DNA of 63,229 nucleotides, filler included, from Bonamia ostreae (Eukaryota): assembly GCA_040357525.1 (NCBI GenBank). It is 29 parts of 29 records of this genome, joined end to end, with 100 filler letters (N's around TTAATTAATTAA, not from the genome) between each part and the next. Parts side by side here need not be neighbours in the genome. Positions count along the whole stretch, not along the records: positions 50,301 to 52,376 come from JBDODL010001069.1; positions 52,477 to 54,552 come from JBDODL010001070.1; positions 54,653 to 56,727 come from JBDODL010001071.1; positions 56,828 to 58,896 come from JBDODL010001072.1; positions 58,997 to 61,064 come from JBDODL010001073.1; positions 61,165 to 63,229 come from JBDODL010001074.1; 23 more parts are not named here. One strand, written 5' to 3'. Of this stretch, positions 50,444 through 61,299 are shown in pieces. The notes below the pieces were generated by a model. That model saw only the letters and a program-made list of their open reading frames with translations. It was not told the origin of the DNA and did no database searches. Positions within the stretch are counted from its first letter, which is position 1. Every line of letters begins with the position of its first letter. Both the position numbers and the translations under genes were made by a program.

Positions 50444-52232
50444 TTAGTTCCCATTTTGGTGAAAATTTCTTGAGCGGGACATTACACAATATATTACCAA
50501 CCAACCTAACAATTGGCTTGAACGTATTTGCCCTAGTGTCAGGTTGTATTTGTAGATTAGATCGTGAGAACGACCATGGAATTTGCGAAATGTTGCCTTT
50601 GAACGAAAATCTTCAAACTCCTGCAATATTAACTTATTTGTTAGTGGACTGCCTCGATTCAAAAATGGGTCGTACGGAAAAGATGCTTTTGCGTATTGCA
50701 TCAGTTGAGATATATGCAGGGGACAATAGAATTTTGCTACATAGATATGGGATTTTGACGATAGGGAAACTGGTTATACCGTTTGTGTATTCCGTGCACA
50801 AATTCTCTTCACCGGTATGTGACATCAAATATCAATTTTGAGGACATGGCGTGGTGGTTGTAGATTTTTTATTTTTTATCCTAATTGCTATAATGAGTGG
50901 GCGAGTTAATTAGATTGTAACATGCATCATCAAATTAAATATTCCTAAATAATAACAAGGTTCAGAAATACAATTGTGATTAAATTGGAATAAAAAATCA
51001 AACAATATTGGCTACATGGAGATGAAACATGGCTATCAATGCTGACTATTGAAACCGTTTCATATATGAAACCTACCAAAACAATATGCCGCAAAACAGG
51101 GAGGTTTAGGTAAGAAGTATGCCCAGTAGTTCTCACATTTGCAGACATATATTGAAAAGGATTCGTCACATGTCGAGGCTTGTTTTGATATACAAACTAC
51201 CCTGTCATCACATCCCTCCTCAGGTATTGTCCCTGTAAACAAAATGGCAATGGATGGCTAATTGGGTAAAATATTTGCATCACATGAAGTATTAAAAGTA
51301 GCCAAACGAAATTTAAAGATTCAATGTTTCAGAATGAATAAAGTGACATCTTTGTTACTTGATCTGATATTTCACATTTGAATAACATCTCAATAGGGAA
51401 TAAAAGGCGATTCATTTGTAGACAAATTCATTATAAGCAATACTTTCTGGAGTAAATGGGGCAAAAACCATAATGATATATCGATGTTTTGAGGGTATTA
51501 ATACACGTGACGAAACAATTTTGAAATGCACCCTTTAAAACATGTGCAACTGAACAGTGACAATCTCAGTAGTGTATGATTTGAATGCATCCTTTGTTGT
51601 TGTACGAAATTGGAATTTTTCTCCTTTTTTAAACTTGACATGCTTAAACAGTTTTTGAGAATAGCTTTCGGGAAGCTTCGGAACATACATTTAAAAACGT
51701 TGGGTACATAACCCATTGAAAGTGAATTTTGCACAATTGAATTTTCTATCTAATAATCAATGATTTTGACATTATAGTCATTCTTCTCTGAATAGACTTT
51801 ATTTTCTCAGCCACTGTCTTATATAATTCAGACTACTTCACGGTGTAACGTAAATACAACTTTCCAAAACTTGTTACCGAGAAAGTATTACTGTAGATGT
51901 ATAACGTGAAAGAAGAAATAAAATGTTGCTTTTGCATCAGAATTGCATTGATTTATTCTATGAGATGTCCTTTGAAATAATGGAGGATTTTATAAAATGT
52001 ATACCTTTCATCCATATTGGAAAGTGTGTACCACAGTGGTCCATGTTGACAGTGCTGTTCACTATGTTTACCGCAGATTTAAACCATCTACCATCCCCAT
52101 GAACTATTTCGTCATCACTGAGAGGTTTTTCTCCCGCACTGAAATCAGCGTGGTATGATTTGTACCGCCGTACAAGGTCAGGAACCACCGGCATCGTGGC
52201 ATCACAGAAAGCTGTGGCATTTCCATGTTTTC
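50444..52232 (-). CDS. VWDE/uromodulin D8C-like secreted protein exons (host gene fragment)
   Basis: Exons 52232-52005 and 51232-51077: GRWF...HCGTHFPIWMKG/TIP...VC...C...IYVCKC...AYFL..PPC..AYCFG; long conventional introns. Confidence 0.7.
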
Positions 52233-52852
52233 CTAAATCTTTATATAAAACTTTATTTGCAATAAAGAAATGTGCGCTTTCCCTATCATGGTTACAATAT
52301 TATACATTGTCAATGTATTTGCTTTTAAATGATAAATGACAGTATATTCTAGATGAGAGATTTGAATTGGAAGATTNNNNNNNNNNNNNNNNNNNNNNNN
52401 NNNNNNNNNNNNNNNNNNNNTTAATTAATTAANNNNNNNNNNNNNNNNNNNNNNNNNNNNNNNNNNNNNNNNNNNNACAATAAATGGCTATTTTTTCTTG
52501 TACAACATCAGAAAGTACTTTGCATGTAAATCATCCATTTCTAACGTATAACCGTTGTCAATATTTATTAAATTCGATCTTACTGTTTCTTTTATGCGGT
52601 TGTGACAATAGCAATAACGTTGTCTGCTGACACTCCAATGAAAAAAGCACGTTTAATTTTGAAATCGATTATTTTGAAAATTAATTCGCAAAATTAAAAT
52701 TTGAATATTTTTCCATTTTAATTTTATCAATTTAATTTTCTAACCAAATTTTAATTTTATTGTTGATTTTCAATCAGTTTCAGCTTGCACCTGATGAAAA
52801 ACTATTTATATCATTTTTTCACTAGTCCAAACCACAATTTCAGATCGTCCAA

Positions 52853-54552
52853 ATGGCATATTCTTTAATGAACGCAAAATTTAAAAGTGGGAATTTTGAA
52901 GACATCAAAACAAATAAAACTAAAAAAAGAGATTTGACAATCGATTTTATTCGCTGCGTCAGCGTGTTTTTAATCATTTTCGTCCACATTACTATCACAA
53001 CTAGAGAAATCCAACACCCGAGATTAGAAGAACGAGAAGTTTTTATCGGAATATTGTACGTCTACTTGCAGTTTGGAATTCCGATGCTCTTTTACATTTC
53101 AGGTCGTTCGGCCGCCATGTCCCGGAAATCGGAAGACGGATTCAAAACAGTTCTGACCAAATCAGTAAAGCTAATTTTGCCCGTTTTCCCCGCTCATTTT
53201 CTGATAGTCATTCCGACGGGGTATCTTTCGAGTGCTTACAGCCGCGCGATTTGTGGCAATTTGCACGAAAGGAACTTCTTTCGATTTTATTGGAGTTATA
53301 TTTTGGATTGGGTCGAACATCCTTTCAAATGTGGTTTTTGGTGGTTGTGGTTTCTCGTTGTACTTTGGATTGTATCCATTTTTTCTTTACCAGGTTTGAT
53401 GGCTCTATATGGTGAAACGATCAATAAAAAAACGGTCGGTTGTTGTTACGCTGCGTTGTTTGTCTCTTTGATTATTGTTTCGATTTTTTTAAAAAGTTTT
53501 TTTTGCCTGAAAATTATGAATTGTTTTTTTCCAATTGTATTTTTGTTAACGTTTTCAGTTCTTATTTACATTCTGGTGACCGACTTTAAAAATTACATTT
53601 AATGAATAGATTGGTTATTGCTGTTTAATTCAGCGTACTTTGGCATTTTAATTTGTTTTCCATTGCTATCACCTTCTGTAAATCTTGGAAACAGAATTAT
53701 TACAAAAAGCAAAATGTTCATTCCTTGCATATACGGATTCGCAAGTTCCATTTTGTATGTTATTGTCACATCTGTCTTGATAAATCAATTTTATGAAAAT
53801 GTGAAACAAATTTATTCAATTTTGACGTTTGTTCATTACACTTTCTTCTATTCACAAGTTTTGAAATCGTAAAAAAAGGGATTTGTAGACGTCAAAAGAA
53901 TGAAAATAGAAAGCACACATTTTCTTCTCGAATTTGCTACAGTTGTGTTGTCAATCGCCATTTTAGTTTTTGGGATAAATTTGAATAATTTTAAAACGGG
54001 AAATACATTTGCTTTTCCCAATTTTAAAAGTACTTTTCTCAGGACTACTTTTATTCTCTGCAGTTGGATCTGGTTCTAGCATAATATTTACAAACAATTA
54101 TTTTTATTTGTTACAAACTTTGTTATTTATGAAGACGAAAATTTTTTACATAAAATTATTTAAAATTTGACAGGCTTTATGGACTGCAATCTGGGATCAG
54201 ACACAGATTAACCGACATGAAACCAAATTGGATTCTAGATCACATGAATAAAAGCTGCATTGTAGTGTACGTCTTTCACTACTTTTTTATTGCAGCTATA
54301 AGTGTTTTTAACAAAATCATAAAACAGAGAGTAATCGTGATACCACTGAAACTTGGCCTTCTTTCCAATATTTTGGTATTGGTGGTATTTACTTATCCAC
54401 TTTGCTCTCTTTCTTATATCACCGTTTATTATTTTGTTATAAAAAATTTTCTAAACACTGATTATTGTTATTTGAAAACGGAAACTGCAAATTTTACAAA
54501 ATTTGCAAATATTTGTCTTCTAATGGACAAAATCCAAAAACGACAAATCTTC
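52853..54552 (+). CDS. Acyltransferase-3 (OafA/OpgC-like) polytopic membrane O-acyltransferase
   Basis: RDLTIDFIR...LIIFVH, PMLFYISG, WWLWFLVVL, S.IVVYVFHY; several short introns incl. 53858-53878. Confidence 0.8.
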
Positions 54553-54717
54553 NNNNNNNNNNNNNNNNNNNNNNNNNNNNNNNNNNNNNNNNNNNNTTAA
54601 TTAATTAANNNNNNNNNNNNNNNNNNNNNNNNNNNNNNNNNNNNNNNNNNNNTAATCGACAACAAAAAAATTGCTAAAAAATGCTTCGAAAACTGTTAAA
54701 AAGACATATTTATTCGC

Positions 54718-55473
54718 TCAACTTTCTTTACTCGACAATATGTTCTGCAGACAAAAATGGATGGCCCAAAAACTAGCACTCAGCAAAACCTGCAGCCTCC
54801 CTTCGGTCAACACTCGCGCCCGCGCCGCCCCGCAGGCCTCCCCCGCTCCGACGCTCCCGCGGCGCAGCACATAAACCGCCGCCCCCAAACTGGCCGACAC
54901 CGCCAACGTCGACCAAAACGACCTAAACAGCGCCGCTATTAATCTAAAATGCAAACGCAGCACGAACAGGAAACACGCCGCGAACACCAAATCCTCCCAG
55001 AAGCGGATGTGGAAAACGTGCAGGAAGAAAACGAAGAGACAGAAGTAGCCGTGGGGCACCATCAGCTGGCGGGCGGAGGGGAAGTGCAGCGAGAAAAAAA
55101 AGTTGCAGAGGAAGAACAACGCGGTGATGGGACAGACCCTGCGCAGGTTTTCGAACAGAAAGTTGAGCCACGGCATCAGACTGAACCGCACCATTCCCAC
55201 GAAATGGAGCACGATCAGCGATTTGGTGCCGCTCATCGGAAACGCTCTAAAAGACATTGTTTTGTAAAGACGATGAGCGATTAAAAAGACATTCGACATT
55301 TTTAAAGCCAAAAACGTTTTCTCGGAGTTTCCGATTGTTTTATAGAAGTAGCAGTTGACGAGCAGAAAGACGAAGTTTAGAAGAGTGGAGGGAAGGCCTT
55401 GAAATGGAAAAGGAAACTGTATGTGGGCTGCTCCGGTCGTAACATTTAAAACTAGCCGCAGTGTCTTTAGCAA
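54718..55473 (-). CDS. Hydrophobic hypothetical membrane protein
   Basis: 251-aa open frame, locally GC-rich, several hydrophobic stretches; no family recognised. Confidence 0.4.
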   Translation of the reverse strand: MLKTLRLVLNVTTGAAHIQFPFPFQGLPSTLLNFVFLLVNCYFYKTIGNSEKTFLALKMSNVFLIAHRLYKTMSFRAFPMSGTKSLIVLHFVGMVRFSLMPWLNFLFENLRRVCPITALFFLCNFFFSLHFPSARQLMVPHGYFCLFVFFLHVFHIRFWEDLVFAACFLFVLRLHFRLIAALFRSFWSTLAVSASLGAAVYVLRRGSVGAGEACGAARARVLTEGRLQVLLSASFWAIHFCLQNILSSKES

Positions 55474-55670
55474 GAATGGAAAATTTTAAGAATCTGTATC
55501 GCGGCAAGACTTTTTATCTCAGTGAAGGCACAACGCATGTTAAAGCTGATTTGCAAAACATGGGCATAGTTTAAGCTACTCTCATATAACAGATAGTACA
55601 TGTTTCGGACTTTGAAAACATTGGAATAATCGATTTTTACGTTTTGCGGAGAGCGAAGGAACACGGCGAA

Positions 55671-56418
55671 ATGGTCAGCAAAATCAACTCTGGCCGCGAC
55701 AAGACGGCGCTTTGTTCTCTTCGCTCGAAAGCCATTATTTCCAAAATTCGGAAAATCGACAAAAAAAAGTCGGAAGTCGAAAATGCGGAACTGAAGAAAG
55801 TGATTAACAGGAAAATCGCTGTGATGACTTTAAGTGGTTTTGCCGTTGCCATTAATCGCAATTATACAGTTTTGATTTAGGACTTTGTAAAATGGCATTT
55901 TAAATTTGATTTTATCGTTTTTAGAATTGTCTGAGATAATTCAGAACTTTAAAAAATCGTTTTCGAAATCGGTTGTTAACGCGAAGAGGCTAAATTTGAA
56001 GGAAACGCATTTCATTTCTTTGAATTCTGTTGACAAAAAATTCGAACCGATTATAAAAATCTTCAGAAAAGATCGGTTTCAAAAATTTTGATTATAAAAA
56101 TTTTATTACAAAAATTTTGCGGTGAAAATTGCGTCGATTAATTTTCGTTAAATTTAGTAACGGGAACTGCACAACGCCAAAAATTTACGAAAAAGCCAAA
56201 AATTGCATTTTTTTAAATCCGGAAAGAAAAAAATCGAACAGAAAAAGAGCACAAAAAGTTGGTTATTGTGAAATCTGTAACGTTTCATTTGTTAAAATCG
56301 AAACGGTTTTTGATTTAAATTAATCGATCAAAAGCATTTGAAATCTTCCGGCCATTTAAAGCAACTCACAAAATCAAAATTTTATGAAAAATTAGACAAT
56401 GTACTCAACAAATTTTAA
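55671..56418 (+). CDS. DBF4: Compact Dbf4-type zinc-finger protein (Cdc7 activator)
   Basis: KVGYCEICNVSF.KIET/HLKSSGH after a 29-nt intron; upstream HFISLNSVDKKFEPI resembles motif M. Confidence 0.7.
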
Positions 56419-56974
56419 ATTAGTAAATAGCAAAATTTTTGTTTTCCGATTAACTGAAACGATAGCACATAACTTTCTACTTTTGGTCTTTTTTTGTTTA
56501 TGTTCTAAAATCGACTTTCTTTTATGTTGCCATTCTCAAATTCTGTCATGTTAAAGTTTTCTTTAGTTTTGCTATTGTAATGTGTTCTTTGCTTTGGTTT
56601 ATTAAGCGCGAAGAGGTTTTTATTTGGCGATTCGATAAAATTGTAATTTTTTTGTTTTTTTTTTAGATTTTACAAAATTGTAATTTTTTTGTTTTTGTGA
56701 TTTTATAAAATCGTAATTTATTTGTTTNNNNNNNNNNNNNNNNNNNNNNNNNNNNNNNNNNNNNNNNNNNNTTAATTAATTAANNNNNNNNNNNNNNNNN
56801 NNNNNNNNNNNNNNNNNNNNNNNNNNNGATTCATTAAAAAAATCGATTCGTTAAAAAAGCAATATTTGCAAAAATCGACCATTGCAAAACAAAATAAATT
56901 TTGACCAAATCCAAATTTCAGTCATTTTTTGACATTTCATAATAACAATAAATTAAACTTAAAACAAATATTAT

Positions 56975-57823
56975 ATGACGTTAACATATTTTGTTGCAGG
57001 CGCGTCGAGAGGAATCGGATTGGAATTTGTTCAACAGTTGTTAACAGTTTGCTTCTCTCCATTTTTTATAAAAGTCGAAGAACAAAGTTATCGCGGGCTG
57101 CAGAAAACCCGAAAGCTTAAGAGACCTAAAATCAAAGTACCCAGAAAACCTGCACACATTAACTTTGGACGTGAATTCCGATTCATCCATAGACGCTGCT
57201 TATGAGAATCTGAAGTCGAAAGCAACAAAAGACCTCAAAATCGACGTCTTCGTACAAAACGCGGCCGTCGCTGATTTTGGCGATAAAGTCTTCGACGTAA
57301 AAAGAGAGACGGCGAGGCACGTTTTGGAGACGAACTCGATTTCACCATTGATGGTCTCGAGGAAGTTTTTGGATATGTTTGCTCAGCCGTCTTCCAAATT
57401 AGTGTTTATTACCTCTCGAATGGGTTCGATTTCAGACAATTCGTCTTCTTCCGCTGTTTTCTACAGAATGAGCAAATCCGCTCTAAATATGCGTTGCTTC
57501 TTTAAATTGCAGTGACAAAATGTCTGTCGATTGATTTGAAAGAAAAAGGGGTCATTGTTTTGGCACTCCATCCGGGTAAGCTTATTGTTGTAGCATTACG
57601 ATTTTCCAGTAAAATAATTTTCAGTATTTTTGTGGTAACTCCGAATGACGAATTATAATGCGATTTTCTAGGATGGGTGCAAACAGAAATGGGGATGATG
57701 GGAGGACAAGCTCCTCTGACAGCGGAACAGAGCGTGAAAGGAATGATCAACGTTATCTCGTCCGTCGGGCCAGAGAAAACGGGCCGTTTTTTAAATTGGA
57801 AAGGAGCTGAAATTGAGTGGTGA
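56975..57823 (+). CDS. Short-chain dehydrogenase/reductase, C-factor (CsgA)/sniffer-like
   Basis: AGASRGIGLEFV, NAA, SRMGSI.DN, YRMSKSALNM, LHPGWVQTEMG; three introns incl. 57493-57512 (20 nt). Confidence 0.93.
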
Positions 57824-58093
57824 AAAGTTTGTAACACAATATGCACTGTTAATTCTACATAATTTTTAAAATTGCTGTTCTGCAAACATTGACGCTTTTC
57901 TGCAAACATTGACTTTTTCGCTTTTGTCATCGACTCTGTTTTCGATTCACAAATTTTGTTGTCGCAAAAACAAAAATTTATTGAAAATAGTCTTTAGCGG
58001 ATATTCTTTATAACAAAAAATTTATACAAACGGGATATAAAACTGACCATTAAAGCTTAAAGAGTATTAATATTTTTGGTATAAAATCGTAAA

Positions 58094-58896
58094 ATGGATT
58101 CTGTCAAAGAAAAGAATGTGAACATTTTTAACGAAGAATGTAATCAACTTTTATTAAAGGCGACAATTGCGGCAAAAAATGCGAAACTAAAATGGTATCG
58201 GTGGACATTCCCAAGTTCCGTGAGATTATAATAATGTCGACAAATTGCGACCATTGCGGAAACAGAACTTCGGACTTACAAGGAAGCAGTTATATCCACG
58301 AAAAAGGAAAAGAAATTAATCTCAAAATGACTACAGCCGAAGATCTTAAACGAGAAGTTGTTAGAGTTTCAAAATATCTCATTGCTTTTACAAAAATATC
58401 GTACATTTTCAAATTTTTACTATCGCAAACGACTAATAAAACGCTGATTAAAACCACTTTTTGCGAACAATAAAAATCCATTTTTTTGCGAACAATCCAT
58501 TTCAAATATTAAAAATCATAAAACAAAAATGTTAGTCATTTGCTATACAATTATAAAAGACCGATTCAACTGTTGTGTCAATTCCTGAAATTGAATTCGT
58601 CTCTTACCAGGGACCCAACATCGGTGAAATAACGACGACAGAAGGGCTCTTGATCAAATTCAAAGAACAAATCGAATCGATTTACAAACGAGAACTCGAA
58701 AACAAAAAACTGACCGAAAAATTAAAAAAGAGTTACCAAAAAAACATTTCGGACTTGAAAGATTTGGCCGAACTAAAAAAGCCATTCACAATGAACTTCA
58801 AAGACGTTTTGGGAGACGTTTATGTCGAAAAACTGAAAAACGACCAAAATTTAAAAATCGATTTTTTTGAAAGAACGAAAGAACAAAACGCGGAAT
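58094..58896 (+). CDS. ZPR1: Zinc-finger protein ZPR1 (3' truncated)
   Basis: CDNC..CET.M..VDIPKFREIIIMSTNCDHCG, DLKREVV, IPEIEF, TTTEGLL, FERTKEQN; 20-nt intron 58140-58159. Confidence 0.9.
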
Positions 58897-58996
58897 NNNN
58901 NNNNNNNNNNNNNNNNNNNNNNNNNNNNNNNNNNNNNNNNTTAATTAATTAANNNNNNNNNNNNNNNNNNNNNNNNNNNNNNNNNNNNNNNNNNNN

Positions 58997-59394
58997 GTGG
59001 GCGCTTGTTGGATGAACGCCAATTGTTGTAAACAAATTTTTATGTTTAGAAACAAAAGAAAGAGATTTTTGCGCTTCGTTAAAATTGGTAACAGTGACAA
59101 TGATTTTGTCGACATTAAATGAACTTGCTCTTTTTAAGACAAATTCAAAATCGTTTAAATGTTGCACTTTTTTTCTGTAAATTCCTTTAAACATTCTAAA
59201 AATAAAATTTGAATTTGAGAATCAAATGCAAAATTTCTATTTTAATTTGGTTTTTTGTAAAATTAATGAAAATAAATTAGCTTTAAATTGCTAAAAATTT
59301 TGCAATATTTAGTCGGATGGTTAATTTGTTATAACGGGTCGAATAGATTAACTCCAATATCTATTAACTTCATTTTTTTGTTATTGTCGGACAT
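58997..59394 (-). CDS. TATDN1: TatD-family nuclease (3' truncated)
   Basis: LIDIGVNLFDP/MFKGIYR...H..D...VL.RA...TTIGVHPT. Confidence 0.92.
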
Positions 59395-59474
59395 GTTCTT
59401 CCAATTAAAATTTAGCTTTGTTTTTGTTTTTGTACACGGATTATAATTAAAGCTTAAATCAATAAAAATCGGAT

Positions 59475-59548
59475 GTTTATATAGCTCAATTGGTTCGAGT
59501 ATGGGACTTTTAATCCTGAGGTTGTTGGTTCGAGTCCCGTTGGAGGTA
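59475..59548 (+). tRNA. Degenerate tRNA-Lys(UUU) gene or pseudogene
   Basis: A box TAGCTCAATTGG, anticodon loop CTTTTAA (59507-59513), B box GGTTCGAGTCC, TTTT terminator; acceptor stem poorly paired. Confidence 0.75.
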
Positions 59549-60919
59549 TTTTCATAACTTGATTGACACAAATTTAATATCTTTGTTATGATACCGGCCA
59601 AAATTAATGGCTCACAAATTTTGTTTAATTTCGCCGTCAAGTACCATTTTCTTCGTCAATTATTTCAAATCGTAAAAATGGCGCGCGAAAAATTTAGCTG
59701 AAGATTATTTTGAGCCAAAACCAACCTTAAATTGTTACGCCTTTTTTAAAACAGGAATAGAAACCGAAAATTTTTGCAAGAAATTTTTTAAAAGTGATTT
59801 GATTTTTGAAATTTTTTCTTTGATTGACATAATAAATAAAGAAAAAAATTAATTTTGCTTCTCAATAAATTTATAAAAGGATAAATTGAAAACTTTGATG
59901 ATTTTTCGCAAATTTAAAACTAAAGATTTAAAATATTCGAAAAAATATTTAAATTTAAAAAAATTTTATTCGATTTGCATCATAAAATTAAATTTATTTT
60001 CAAAATAATCGCAAAAACTTATACTAAACCAGAAAAATCGCAAAAATGATTAAATTACCAAAACTTTTCGCTTTAACGAAATGATTTTTAACTTAGATTT
60101 GCTTTAACATAATAAAATTTAATCAAATCTCTCCACTTTATAGGCGAAATTTATCCATTAAAACTTAAAGCTGCCAAAATTTTTACCCGGATTTATATAA
60201 TCCAATATAATAAAATTTCAAAAACGGCAAATAAAAATTTCAAATTTGCTAATATACATTTTTATAATTGTTATGCAAACAAAATTATCACTTACAATAT
60301 AATTTATTTTGCCAAAAAGCTTAAAAATTTAAGCTTTATTTGAATGCTCCCAAGAAACAAACGACCACTACAGTCGAAAACAATAACTACAAATAAATAT
60401 AAGCTTTCCTGGATACTTCTATTTATCTCTCTTATCGAAGTTTCTATAAATATTTTTAATAACACAAAATAAAAATTTCAAATATCGCAATTTTTAAAAA
60501 GTTAATAATCTGGATTTTTGGAACACCCGAAAGAATTTTTATAAGAGAATATTTTTCAAATCACACAAACACATTCAAAACATTAACTTGCGAAAAAAGA
60601 AACACAAAAAGCAACAAAAACGCTTTTAAAAAACTAAAACTTCTTTTCGCATTAAACTTTTTAAGTGTCAAAAAACTTTCCGAAAAACGTTGAAATATTT
60701 TCAATTTTTTTTTGTTCTGATTTTAAAAATTAAAAACTAAGAAAAAGAAACTAAGCAACAAAAGCAGAAAATATATTTTAGGATCGCAGTATTCGTTCAA
60801 AATATACAAAAACAAATTCTCAATGAATACAGCGAATCTGGAAAAGATGACGAAGAACTTTTCTTCTAAGAGTGTAGACAATTGTAACTTTAATTTCTTT
60901 GATTTTCCTCAACAGAAGT

Positions 60920-61064
60920 TTTTTTGGTTAAAATTTTTTGTCGACAAAATTTAAAATTATTTTTTGGTTAAAATTTAAAATTATTTTTTGGTTAAAATTT
61001 TTTGTCGACAAAATTTAAAATTATTTTTTTGGTTAAAATTTTTTGTCGACAAAATTTAAAATTA
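60920..61064. repeat. Tandem repeat (~40-45-bp unit) starting at a probable GTTT intron donor
   Basis: TTTTTTGGTTAAAATTTTTTGTCGACAAAATTTAAAATTA x3 plus a partial unit. Confidence 0.85.
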
Positions 61065-61299
61065 NNNNNNNNNNNNNNNNNNNNNNNNNNNNNNNNNNNN
61101 NNNNNNNNTTAATTAATTAANNNNNNNNNNNNNNNNNNNNNNNNNNNNNNNNNNNNNNNNNNNNGCAATTTGTAATTTATTGAAATTCTGTTTTTCCTAC
61201 TAAGCTCGCTTATAATTAATCGCCATTATCAGTTTTATAAGTAACATTTGATAAATTGTTTAAGTTTTTAAAATAATTAAAAATTCGACAATTTTTTTC

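Noticed and set aside
58094-58896. Single-module (archaeal-like) ZPR1
   Set aside because: The contig ends at the end of the first module, so a second module cannot be excluded
59329-59640. 103-aa ORF extending TatD upstream
   Set aside because: It reads through the antisense of the tRNA-like element; TatD homology starts at ATG 59394
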